Below are positions 1-13,370 of a DNA stretch of 64,000 bases, piece after piece. The position numbers and the translations under genes are program-made. The notes under the pieces were generated by a model. It was not told the DNA's origin. It did not search any database and saw only the letters and a program-made list of their open reading frames with translations. The DNA is from the human T2T-CHM13v2.0 reference genome, Homo sapiens: NCBI RefSeq assembly GCF_009914755.1, contig NC_060926.1. One strand, given 5' to 3'. Numbering within the stretch: the stretch's first letter is position 1; each line of letters starts with the position of its first letter.

Positions 1-1305
1 ATTATGATAGCAGAGGATGGAAATGGGAATAAGAATGCTGGACAAAAGAAAAGGGAATAAAAATACTTTTTTTTTAATTCCACAGGAAGTTTAAAAATAA
101 CAAAATCTATTTTGACCAAAATCAAAACGCGCCTGCCGATTTTAATTAAAGCAGCTCTATACCTTTGAACCAGCCAACAAGCAGCTGCAGTAAGCATTTG
201 GCTGGCTCTGAGTTCCTAAGCTAAACTGCAGAAAAACGCCTCCTCCTGGATCTAATCACCTTCGGGCGCCTCAAATAAACCTTAGCGTGTGGGGCCAGCA
301 CAGGTCAGTTTTTTAAGAGCCTCCGTAGAACAGGGTCTTATTTTTGTTCCTGAGCTGAAATGCACACATGCACTTAGCAGAGAAGGTTTGCCTAATCTAT
401 CACCGGTTTTCGTCTGTTTCTGGGTTTCCATTACCTTTTGTCAGACGTTTTCTCCAAGATCCTCGCTGCTTTCTTTTTAATCACCTAAGAAGCAACATTG
501 ATGTGACAAGCTCCAGAAAAAGGCTCGTCCTTTCTTATCTGCATCTTCAGCCTAATGATGAGGAATGGGTTCCATAAACTTGAAAAAGGCAGGAAAATGC
601 TGCCAAAGTCATTATCCACTACTTTAAATTGGAAAGAAAAAAGCTGTCCCTTTTTAGAAGAATGGTAATAACGTATAAAATAATTGTACAAAGCCTACAG
701 CGTTTCATATAAGAAAGGAAATTGCCCAATGCAATTTAAAAGAAAAACAAAATACCTTCATTTCCCGCTATCTGAAATCTACATCAGAATGTACCCTCGA
801 TTTTGCATATGAAGCAGAGTGCTCAATTGCCTGCCAGAAATGAGAGCGAATTATGCCTGCACTCAAGTTAATATTGAAATAATCTCCCTCTTTTTGATAC
901 CTTCCTCTCGTCCCTTTTTCCCCTTCCGTACATTGCAGTGTCATTGCCTAAATCAATCTTTGGGCATTAAAGGTAGCTTCTGGGGAGCTTCTCAGTCGCC
1001 AGCCTGCTACTTGTCGGGGGCATCGGCTATGAACTGCAGCTGGATGGATGCCTGTCTGCCTGCTCGTCTTTAAGTCTCACGAAGCAAAACCGCAGGCTTT
1101 CTCGTACTCAAAACCACACCATCATTGTCCATATTCGGGTATTTCATTACAGTAACAGTTTGAAGGACACCAGGCTTACAGCCTTTTGGAGCAGACGGTA
1201 GGGAAGCTGCTCCACATGGATCATATTGATCTCTCCAACCACTCCTCGAACATCCACAGCTGTTCCAAGATTTGCGCCCAGCGGAGACGAGACGCGGCAG
1301 TAGAC

Positions 1306-1326
1306 CTGGGCGCCACCTAGTGGATT
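1306..1326 (-). promoter_or_regulatory. CTCF motif in a locally CpG-enriched patch
   Basis: The minus strand reads CCACTAGGTGGCGC (1323->1310), matching the CTCF core CCASYAGRKGGCRS. Many CpGs at 1270-1360; TATATAAG at 1363-1370. Confidence 0.75.
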
Positions 1327-2249
1327 CTATTGACCTGGGGGAGTCGTCAACGCGTGGTGAGGTATATAAGCTTCAGGGAACAATCCCTACAGCCAACCTA
1401 GAAAATACTAACTATAGTCGAAGCAATAGGGAAGGAGTCTTATCTTTAAAAAAAAAAAAAAAAAGTAACAAGAAGATGACAAAAGAAGCAAATGATTCAA
1501 ATGACTGACAGGAATTTCAAGAGTGGTTTTTCAATATAAATTTCAAATCTCTGAAATGTCAAAGTGCTTTATTATTTATATCTTTATTAAGAAAAGGAAA
1601 ATATAGAAAGTTTATTTTGCCAAAATATTACCACTTTTCTTTAATCTGCCAGATTGGTCACATTTTGCCTTAATAAGTTTATAATTCAGTAAGCCAATCC
1701 AAATGGAACTGAATTTTTATTTTTCCTACCATCTAATAAATATGAGTCTTAAGAAAAGCTGTTTATAAAATATTCCACCAATTATGTCTCCCTTCTTCAT
1801 CCATTCCATTCACAGTTTCCATTCCTATTATCCCCCAAAAGAGGTCGTACTCATTTTTCCTTCTATTCTTTACATGCACACATTTTCTGGAAGAAAGAAC
1901 TTCAATTTTCTTCGTGGCAAAGTTGTGGCTATTACCTCGTTTGAGATCAAATTCAAAATACAATTCCTAGAAAGTTGTACCTTCAATTGATCCACATTCT
2001 GCAATCACTTCCTACTTTATGTTTTCAAATATATTTTATTTAACATTGCCACTTGATCATAATTTTCTAATTGTCTTACCTCCACAAATTGTACTTTTGT
2101 CTGATCCACAACCTCTGCCTCAGAAGAGGAGCCTATTAAATGTTGAATAAATAGCTATAACATAAGCAGATAACTATCTCTGACAAGATTTGTTAATAAA
2201 TACTCTGGTTATTCTACCCTTTGGATGTGCTAAATATATCAACAACAAC

Positions 2250-2460
2250 TAACATTTATTGAGGTTTTTTACTTGATGGTCACAATGGCCCTATTAAAAT
2301 AGATACTACTATTATCCTTATTTTATAATTGAGGAAAGCTACTTCTAGAAGGTTAAGAAATTCACCACATTGACATGGGCAGTAAGAAGTGGAACTGAAA
2401 TTTGAACCTGGTCTTTCTGACTCCAGAGCCTATACCCTGAACTTCTATACTACACTGTGT
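2250..2460 (-). mobile_element. MIR SINE
   Basis: MIR core-like text attatccttattttataattgaggaaagct...gaaatttgaacctggtctttctgactccagagcc. Confidence 0.7.
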
Positions 2461-3059
2461 CTATCTTATATGTTGTTATTAAAATATATGATACACTATG
2501 ATCTTATTACTGGTTGTATTATATTTTGATGATTCACTTTATAAAAGTAAATATTTCTAGTTTTATCCCCTGCAAAATAAGTTATTTTAGATAGTTGCTA
2601 AAATTATTCAAGTTGTTAATATTTTTTACCACGTTTGGTCTTTAAAGAATGAACTTACTATAATCAAAAGATTTGCACAAAGGAAGGAAAAGAAATTACT
2701 TTACTGATCAAAGGACCGATGCAGGAAAATATGCAAGCTGACTGCATTTCGCTAAGATTGCAACAATGAAGTGGAAGAGCTAGGGGAAATGGGAGATCTG
2801 GTAATAACTGTTTCTTTGTTTTTTCAGTTCACCTGACCTATTTAAACATTTTAATTTAGAAATGCTCCTCAGACTTCTCAGGTTTGGTCTCATGAGTAAG
2901 CAAATCAGGAACCCACAGGAACCACTTGTCAGGTTTCATTTCAAGGGAATTGGAAAGGGATCCTGACCTCCTAAAATATTTAAAGATGTTTAAAATCACA
3001 TTCTTAGACCTTCTTGAACAGAAAAATGAACTTTTAAAAAAAGAGACAACATCGGTCAC

Positions 3060-3270
3060 AATTGTTCAACACTAGAAATAACCCACAAGTCCCTAAAGAA
3101 TAAAATAGCATGGCAAATAACATGGTAAATTCACGTAAGGAAATATTATTCAGCATTGAAAATGAATGCACTAATGCCACACTCAACATGGATGAATCGC
3201 AAAATACAATTTTGAGCAAAAGCAGCAAGACACAGAAGAATACAAATGATTCCACTTACATAAAGTGCCA
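3060..3270 (+). mobile_element. Old L1 (L1M) 3' UTR fragment
   Basis: caacatggatgaatcgcaaaatacaattttgagcaaaagcagcaagacacagaagaatacaaatgattccactta resembles L1MB/L1ME 3' ends. Confidence 0.6.
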
Positions 3271-3459
3271 AAACTGGTTCTGTATTTCACAATAAAAATG
3301 CAAAAGAAGTACATCCAATGGTCATTTCAAAATGCATCCAGAAAAAAAACATAATAAGCTGTGCCCATCATTTATGTTTTGGTGAAAATAAGTCTATCAG
3401 CTCCATGATTGCAGTCTTGAGAGGGAAGGAGAGAAGAGCAAAGCATGAAGACTGTAAAT

Positions 3460-3680
3460 TCTAGAAGAGAGTAGTGGTGAGACTGTGAGCTCTGGAATCA
3501 CACTGACCTGGATTTGAACTAGAGCCCTGCCATTTAATGACTGTGGATCTTGGGCTGGGGTATAAATCTCTCAAGCTCTTTGTTCCCCACCTAGAAAATA
3601 AAGATCACAGTGGGCCCAACATCATAGGGTCATTTTGAGGCTTACAGCACGCACTAGTTTTCACTAATTGTCCAATAAGT
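3460..3680 (+). mobile_element. MIR SINE
   Basis: gctctggaatcacactgacctggatttgaact...gccatttaatgactgtggatcttggg. Confidence 0.65.
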
Positions 3681-3859
3681 GTTTTTTTTCTTTCCCGAGA
3701 TTGGAAGTAGAGGAGGAAATCAGCACAGGGAGTAGCAAAGGAAAACACTGGGCACTCACTGTGTTTCCTTCCCACTCACCCTTGGGTCACTCCTCCACCC
3801 CATGGGCTTCTCTGTGAACCACTAACACTTGCTTCTCTAGCAAGAGTCACCAGAGATCT

Positions 3860-4580
3860 TGTTATTCAACCCAATGAATATCTTTTCTCTACATCATTTG
3901 ATACTATTTACTTTTTCTTCCTCCTTGAAACTTTTCTTCTCGTTTTCTTTGATAACCTGGGCTGTCCCCTTCTCACTAAAACCCCCATCATTGCCCACTA
4001 TCAGGCCCTTGTCACTTTCCTCCTGTCTGCAACAGCCTCCTAACTGGTTTTCTCCAGCATGGCCCCTTTCCAACCCTCTCTCCACACTGCAGCCAGTGCA
4101 TTTGTCCTAACATGTGGATCTCACCATGCCTCTTCCCCACAGCCTTATAGCAACCTCTATCTTGTTCAGCCATGGAAGATCTAGTCTTTCTATCTGTCTG
4201 TCTTCGGGCTCATCAATTACTGCACTAACCTACCCACTCTCATTTGGACCTTCTTGGCTTTCTACCACCTGTTTTCTCTACCTGGAATCTTGACCATATT
4301 ACCTGCCTCACATAATGAACTTTAAAACTCAGGACAGGTCTCCCTCCCACCCACCATGCACCTCTTTCTACATTATATACCTTCCTTTGTAATCAGTACA
4401 ATCTATGATCATTCTTGAACCTCTGCACTATTTACCCATGGATGGTCTACATACTCAAAAGACTGCCAACTCTGTAAAGGCAGGCACCTTTCCTACTGAT
4501 CTTTCTATACCACCACCCAACAGAGTGGCCAACAAAAACCTAGTTAAGTAAATTAATGAATCAAGCAAATAATCAATGCT
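3860..4580 (+). mobile_element. Degenerate L2 LINE fragments
   Basis: Pyrimidine-rich L2-like text (ctgcaacagcctcctaactggttt...ctccacactgcagccagtg), ending in an aattaatgaatca-type tail. Confidence 0.55.
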
Positions 4581-4809
4581 TACTTCACAGTTTTACAGAA
4601 CTATCATCGCATCTCCTCTACTATAACTTCCTCATCTACTTCTACAGGAGAAAAGGGGTTATGTATCATATCCTTGTCTCTTAAACTCTGTCTTCTAACA
4701 TTTATTGGTTATTTATTGCCATCATTATTATATTTTTCCACATCATATTTAACTAATCAAAAATTTTACAGGTATTTTAAACCTCTTGATCTTGTTCAAT
4801 ATGCTGTAT

Positions 4810-5030
4810 GGGTAATTGGATAGCCATGAATCCAAATACTAACTTTACCACTGACTAACTCTGAGACCTTGAGTAAGTCACTCAACTCTGTTTCCGTTTT
4901 CCCACCTGTAAAATGAGGGTAAAAATTCCTAACCAACGGCTTTCTTGTGAAGTTAAATGAACTAAAATGAGGTTAATGTACATAAAGCATTTAGCACATT
5001 GCCTAGCACAAATAAGAATGCAGAAATAGT
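4810..5030 (+). mobile_element. MIR SINE
   Basis: gagaccttgagtaagtcactcaactctgtttccgttttcccacctgtaaaatgagg...taaagcatttagcacattgcctagcaca. Confidence 0.75.
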
Positions 5031-5138
5031 ATCTACTAGTATTAATGCACAACTAAGTTTTGTTTTGCAGAGCATAATTTGTTAATCATTCATTATAGTG
5101 CTCTGTACTTTTCAAAACTAAGGGTCACCTTGGTTTTA

Positions 5139-5621
<483 letters not shown>

Positions 5622-6719
5622 TCAGTAAATGATAGCATTTTCATCGTGCAATCTACATACTATTTTAAATGCATGTAAATCATATGTTATTCATTCATGA
5701 AACATGCTTCAAGTATATAACGTAAAAAATTCAGTTAAAACTTTTCCTATTTTCTGTGCTTAATATCTCAATTTGAATCTTATTAAAGTTTAAATGGTGG
5801 TTTTGAAGAAGGCAATAAGAACAGAAAAATATTCAACCTGAGGAAGCTGACTGAAAGGAAAGAACAGAAAAACAGAAATGAAGGAAACAGAATCAATTAA
5901 ATAGAACTATATGAGGACATTTGTATGGCCATTGTAAATAAGAAGGCAAGATCTCTGGAAGATATATCTGACATTTAATATATATTATAGGTATAGTATA
6001 TATTTGTATTTTTAAAAATCACCATATCCTTCACTAATCTAAAAGTGAGGGATCTGTTTGCTTTATCTACAAAACTTACTTTCCCCTTTCCCAATTGCCA
6101 CTCCCCAGAAAAGAAACAACAAATGTGAGCTATTTTATTCAAAAAGGAGAATCTCATGACAATAGGATTATTATGACAAGCATTTTCCACACTTTATTCT
6201 TCATGCCCAGAATGACATTAGTAAGATAAGACATTTTAAAAGTCAATAGCACTTATTTTGAAGTTTAAACTATCATGTTAAAAAAAAAAAGTCATTTCCT
6301 TAAACAGGAAATGTATTAATAATGGCACAAAAGACAGTACAAGTCATTCTATAGAGTACAGTGTTTCCCTTCAAAAAGAAAATAATATCCTTATTCTCAA
6401 AGGGTAGTAACTCTTTAATGTAGTTGTTTTAAAAAAAATCCAGGGGGGGGAAATTTTAGCACCCTTCATCTCACATTCATATATATTTTGCTGAGTTCTG
6501 ATCATTTGAAAAACTAATGTATTTCACTAAAGATTTAAGTTGAGACTATCTGAAACTTAAAATTGCATCATTATAATCTAGTTGTCACCAAATAAGTTTT
6601 ATCTGCTTTCTACATATATTACTTATTTTTATACCAACATTTGCAAAACTATTTTTGCAACTGACCCAGTCTGTTAAGCATCATCATACCCCAGAAAGCT
6701 TTGCAAAGAATGAATTATT

Positions 6720-6799
6720 GGGGCTGCTCTGTCTATGGGGTAGCCATTCTTTTATTCCTTTTCTTTCCTAATAAACTTGCTTTCACTTTAAAGATTAAA
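6720..6799 (+). mobile_element. Retroposed 3' end of an ERV1 LTR (MER41-like) transcript
   Basis: ctgctctgtctatggggtagccattcttttattcc...AATAAActtgctttcacttt followed by an A-rich tail; 15-bp TSD with 1 mismatch at 6705-6719 and 6800-6814. Confidence 0.7.
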
Positions 6800-7109
6800 A
6801 AAGAGTGAATTATTAAAATAGTACATTTTTGCAGACTCCTAAAGTTTTTAAATTTACTTATGGAACAGAGATTTAAGATAAAAATATTTTTAGCATTGTT
6901 TAATTTGTATTTTATTTGCTATAACTTCAGATTAGATGGTATTGGGGGGAAAACTATCAAGCAATGTAATTATACATGGGTTCAAAGTCCTAAGAGGTTA
7001 CCAAACCCTCAGTATATTTTATTTCCTATTAGCTAAAAACATAGAACTTTACATTTTGGTTCAATTCACTGCCTAACTCATTTCACCAACAGGTCTGACT
7101 TTCCCATCT

Positions 7110-7425
7110 CTTCTTTTTCTTTCTTTTTTTTTTTTTTTTTTCTTTTTTGAGACAGAGTCCTGCTCTGGTCACCCAGGCTGGAATGCAGTGGTGCAATCCA
7201 GGCTCACTGCAACCTCTCTGCCTCCCAGCCTCAAGTGATCCTCCCACATCAGCCCCGCAAGTTGCTGGGACTAAAGGTGCACAGCACCACAACAAACTAA
7301 TTTTTTTTTATTTTTATATTTTTTGTAGAGATGGGGTTTTGCCTTGTTGCCCAGGTTGGTCTCAAATTCCTAGACTCAAGTGATCCACCCACCTCAGCCT
7401 CCCTAAGCACTGAGCCACCATGCCC
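7110..7425 (-). mobile_element. Alu (AluJ-like)
   Basis: Poly(T) followed by gagacagagtcc...gagccaccatgccc. Confidence 0.9.
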
Positions 7426-7474
7426 ATTCTTATCTCAATAAAATTTCCTCATTTGATTAGAAAGGAAAACTTTT

Positions 7475-7768
<294 letters not shown>

Positions 7769-8268
7769 TGGAAAGAAAGGAAAACTTTTCCTGGAGTTTA
7801 TCCTAATGACTGAAGTGTATCAATTTTAGGTACTTTTGTGTGATGAGCAGCTGCGAGGTCAATCAAAGGCATTGTCAAATCCATACTGAAATATAATAAA
7901 CTAAGTTTAGTCTGTCTACTTCATAAAAATTTATAAAAACACATCAAAATTCATTAGCTAACAGATTTCCTAAAGCAAATAAAGGCTTGTATGGATGACT
8001 GCCTGTGTAGATTGATTCAATTCACTGAGTCATCAGCATGTTTATAAGTGAATGGTTACCTGAAGATGGATAAGCCAATGGAAGTCTCTTATTTTCTAGT
8101 TCAGGAAATAAGGAGGACTCTGGAAACAAATCTTCTAAAATGGGACTCCCAAGTCTCTAAAATTGTTGCTTTGCTTTTGAATGATCATTCTCAGGATCCA
8201 GGATGTAGATTATTACTTTGAAGATAGCTTTTTACTAAAAACTAGTTTGAGGAATGATTTAGAAATGC

Positions 8269-8723
8269 TTTTCTTTTTTTTTTTTTTTTTTTTTTTTTTG
8301 AGACAGGGCCTTGCTCTTTCACCCAGGCTGGAGTGCAGTGGCATGATCACAGCTCACTGAAACTTCCTAGACTCAAGTGATCTTTCCACCTCAGCCTGCC
8401 GAGTACCTGGGACCACAGGGACATGCCAGCAAACTCAGCTAATTTTTTAATTATTTGTAGAGATGGGGTGTTGCTATGTTACCCAGGCTGGTCTTGAACT
8501 CCTGGGCTCAAGTGATCCTCTCACCTTGGCCTCTCAAACTGCTGGGATTAGATTATAGGCATGAGCCAGCTTTTTGTTGTTGTTGTTGTTTGCTTGCTTG
8601 TTTGTGTTTGTTTCTAGAGATGGGGTCTCACTGTTGCCCAGGCTGGTCTCAAACTCCTGGACTAAATTCTGCCACAGCCTCCCAAAGCATTGGGACTACA
8701 GGCGTGAGCCACCTCACCCAGCC
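8269..8723 (-). mobile_element. AluJ plus adjacent left monomer (FLAM-like)
   Basis: Reverse Alu at 8269-8570, then a (TTG/TTTG) tail and monomer to 8723. Confidence 0.85.
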
Positions 8724-9042
8724 TAGAATTGTTTATTCTAAATATCTCCTTTTTAAAGCAAAGAAGATCAGTTTGGGTTTAGTAGCAGAAACAGTAAAAA
8801 TGAAATTTTTACTTTCTCATAAAGCTGGAAGTTGCATAAATACATTAACATGAAAAGGCACATCTTTTTTATGTGAGTTATCTGAAAATGTAATTTTAGC
8901 CAAGAGCTGAGCAAAGGAAAACATGAAAACATCAAATCCACTTATCTAATAGGCTTGGATTCATTTGAGCTGGGGCAAAGGAGGAGGTGTTTAATCATTC
9001 TATTAAGCTGATTTGGTAGAAGTCTCAAAATATGCCCAGAGT

Positions 9043-9340
9043 GGCTGGGCACCATGGCTCACGCCTGTCATCCCAGCACTTTGGGAGGCCGATGTGGGTG
9101 GATCACCTGAGGTCAGGAGTTCGAGACCAGCCTGGCCAAGATGGTGAAACCCCGTCTCTATGAAAAATACAAAAATTAGCCAGGCATGGTGGCAGGCACC
9201 TGTAATCCCAGCTACTCTGGAGGCTGAGCAGGAGAATCAGTTGAACCGGGGAGGCAGAGGTTTCAGTGAGCCAAGATCGTGCCACTGCACTCCATCCTGG
9301 ACAACAGAGCAAGACTCTGTCTCAAAAGAAAAAAAAAAAA
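9043..9340 (+). mobile_element. Alu (AluS)
   Basis: Alu consensus with poly(A). Confidence 0.93.
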
Positions 9341-9378
9341 TGCTCGGAGTGCTGAGTGGGTATAAGAATGACTCAACT

Positions 9379-9775
<397 letters not shown>

Positions 9776-9887
9776 TCATCCATTCAAAGACAAACAGAAG
9801 AAAAAAAAAAATTCTGTCCCAAAATAGCTTCCTTACTAATGGTATGAAATTTCACCATTTATTAAAGTAAGTAAAAGAGCAAGACTA

Positions 9888-10205
<318 letters not shown>

Positions 10206-12010
10206 CTATATATTCTAGGGGAACAGAGGACAAACTGGTAAAACTGTTTCACAGTTCTATCCCCACCCTGGTACAAAGGCTGATAAATAAATACCTGTCA
10301 AATGAACACATTTCCATTTGTTGCTTTTCTCTGTCAAATCTCCTTCCAGCCCATAAATGCTATTCAAAGACATTATTGAAAAGCTAAGGGAAAACATCAG
10401 AGTAAAGTGCCCTTACTTTTTTGGAATAATGGAGATAAAGGCAAATTTCCAATTTGTAACAATATTTTGGCTGGCCTGGCTATAATCTATTAAATGAAAA
10501 GGAGAGAATAAGTGTTCTAATACATGAATTTGGTTACTTAATAATGGAATACATTCTTTATCATCAAAATTTTGTGAGCCAAAATTCAGTGGCTGGCAGT
10601 GGGTCCTCGTTTTTACAAATTCCTATAAATCCTAATTCTAATCTTATTTCATTGAACAATTGGGGTGGGAGAGCTGGGTTAACTGGAAAAAAAAACCTAG
10701 CATGTAGACTTTCACTAGCCCTTCTGTATTTTCAGATTTTGTAGTAATCATATTTATTATTGGAATTGAACATTAATAGGTTAGAGAAGAACAAATGATT
10801 CTGCAGACCTAATGTTAATATTTATGAAAACTCTTACATGAATAAAGTTTCACTCCCCCATCCCAGGAGCCTGTGAGCCTGTGTTAATTTGCACAGTTTG
10901 TAACCTAAAGTCTGAATAAGGCATATTGGAATAAGTCAAATGGAGAGCTGTGCACTGTCTTATCATGCCAACTATTAGATTACCTTTTAAAAAGAGAAAA
11001 AATATATGGCAGGTTTCATTTCCACACTTCAAAGAAAAGGCAATAGTGTTATGTGAAATTCAGGAAGGAAAATTGTTTAGTTGCATCTTTGCTAACAATT
11101 TGGAAGTATCCATTGTATTACTTCTGTAATGTTATTGAGCTAGTTTTATTAAGGCAAATTTATAGCAATGTTAGAAATTAATACCACTCTTATTTCCTCC
11201 ACTGCCTGACTTTATTGAATGCCATGGGGCATATTAATCAGTAAAGCCAAGTAGTGCATGAAATAAAATTATAAATTAACCTGTAACATGAATGTAAAAG
11301 GGGCTTAATAAAATAGAAATAAATAACACTTTAATGATAATCAACCTGCCCTGTCTGAGCCAAGCAAAAATTGTGATAATGCCAAACACAGAGTCTAAAG
11401 AGCCCTATATATTTATACGAAGTTAGATGGAAGCACACATTGACGTGGAAGTCGAAGATGGTAATTTTGGCTACATAAGCCAGAAATCGTGTGTTACTTG
11501 AAACATGGTACTATTAGTTCAACAGATAAACAAATGGACTGCATTAGGTAACTGTTCTAAGTTCCCGCTTTTTGTCAAATGGTTTAGAAGGAACTGTCTT
11601 ATTGGGTTTCCTCCCGACTCCAATGGTACTTTTTAAAGTATACTATATGGTTTTAAAATGTATTGATATAAACTATTTTCTTGAAACATTTTTAAAATAT
11701 TATATTTTACTAAAATTATTTAAATCTCTTCTCTGTAATTAGGGCCCCCTTTTGCTTCACGTTATTGTCCCTTTTCTCTTTCTCTCTGGATCAAATAGAA
11801 TACGGCATTAATATATCATATCTGCAAACTGTAAAACTTTTTAGAGAAAGAAAGACATTACTAAACAACACTCACACACAACTGGTTGACTATTTTCTCA
11901 AAAAAGTGCTTTATGAGTGCATAATTGAGTCAACTATGGTACCACAGTGTAAGACACCTACAAAAGGAAATTCAGTGCTAATTTAAAACAAGTAGCCATA
12001 GAATGATAAT

Positions 12011-12326
<316 letters not shown>

Positions 12327-12709
12327 TAATTTCAACTACTCATAGAAACACTGAAACAGACCTAAACTTTCCATCTTATCTCTAAATCTACATTTATATA
12401 TGCCATCAAAGGGAGATCGTGGTGGGGGAGAGACTTATTATGTCTTTATTATGTTATTTTGAATAATAAGCATTTAGAATAAATTATGCTCCCCAAATGT
12501 AAGATGTTATTACCAATACTCATGGAAAGAAAAGACCCATAAAGCTGGGTATTCTCCTGGATTTTAGCATTGACTATATTAGTCAAGGAAGGTGACATAA
12601 AAACATTTTATATCATATTCTAAAATTATGTGGAGAGTGACTTTTAAATTAGATCTTCTTTATTTTGCTTTCTAATGATGTTGCTAAATCAACTGAATTA
12701 AGTCTTCAA

Positions 12710-13060
12710 GGACCCTGTACCCTGGCACCAAATCAATCTTCCTAGAATGTAATTCCTATTATATCTCCCTCTAAAACCCTCCCTGGCTCCCACTGCCTCT
12801 AGAATAAAGTCCTAACTGCTTAGCTGCACATCAGAACTTCACAGATAGCCCACTGCTCCTCTGTATATACCCAAGGTTCCTATATCTTAGTCTCACTAGG
12901 ACCCCTTTCCAATACTACCCCTTTGCTTATGATCTTCTTTCTACCCGAAGTATCTTTCCCTCTCACAACTACACATCCCATCCACTACCATCCCCATAAA
13001 GTTCTTCTCAACCTTCAAGTCCTCTTCAAATGCTATTCCTCCCTAAGGTTTTCTGATCAC
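12710..13060 (+). mobile_element. Degenerate L2 fragment
   Basis: ctaaaaccctccctggctcccactgcctctagaataaagtcctaact resembles L2. Confidence 0.55.
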
Positions 13061-13191
13061 CCCAAGATTGCATTTTTTAATTTCAAAATGGAAAGAACCA
13101 GAAATGTCGATCCACAGAATTGTTGATTCATCATAGAATTTTAAACCTTACACTATTTTGGCAAAAAAGAAAAAATAATAATTATTCTCAA

Positions 13192-13370
13192 TTTTTTTTT
13201 TTTTGAGATAGAGTCTCGCTCTGTCTGGCCCAGGCTGGAGTACAGTGGTGCAAATCTCGGCTCACTGAAGTTTCTGCCTCCCGGGTTCAAGTGATTCTCC
13301 TGTCTCAGCCTCCCAAGTAGCTGGAACTACAGGCGTCTGCCACCATGCCTGGCTAATTTTTGTATTTTTA
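13192..13370 (-). mobile_element. Alu right monomer only (5'-truncated)
   Basis: Reverse Alu that stops at the middle A-rich linker. Confidence 0.85.

Noticed and set aside
819-1508. ORFs and a possible first exon in the CpG-retaining block
   Set aside because: Non-ATG starts, no recognisable protein similarity and no convincing splice structure.
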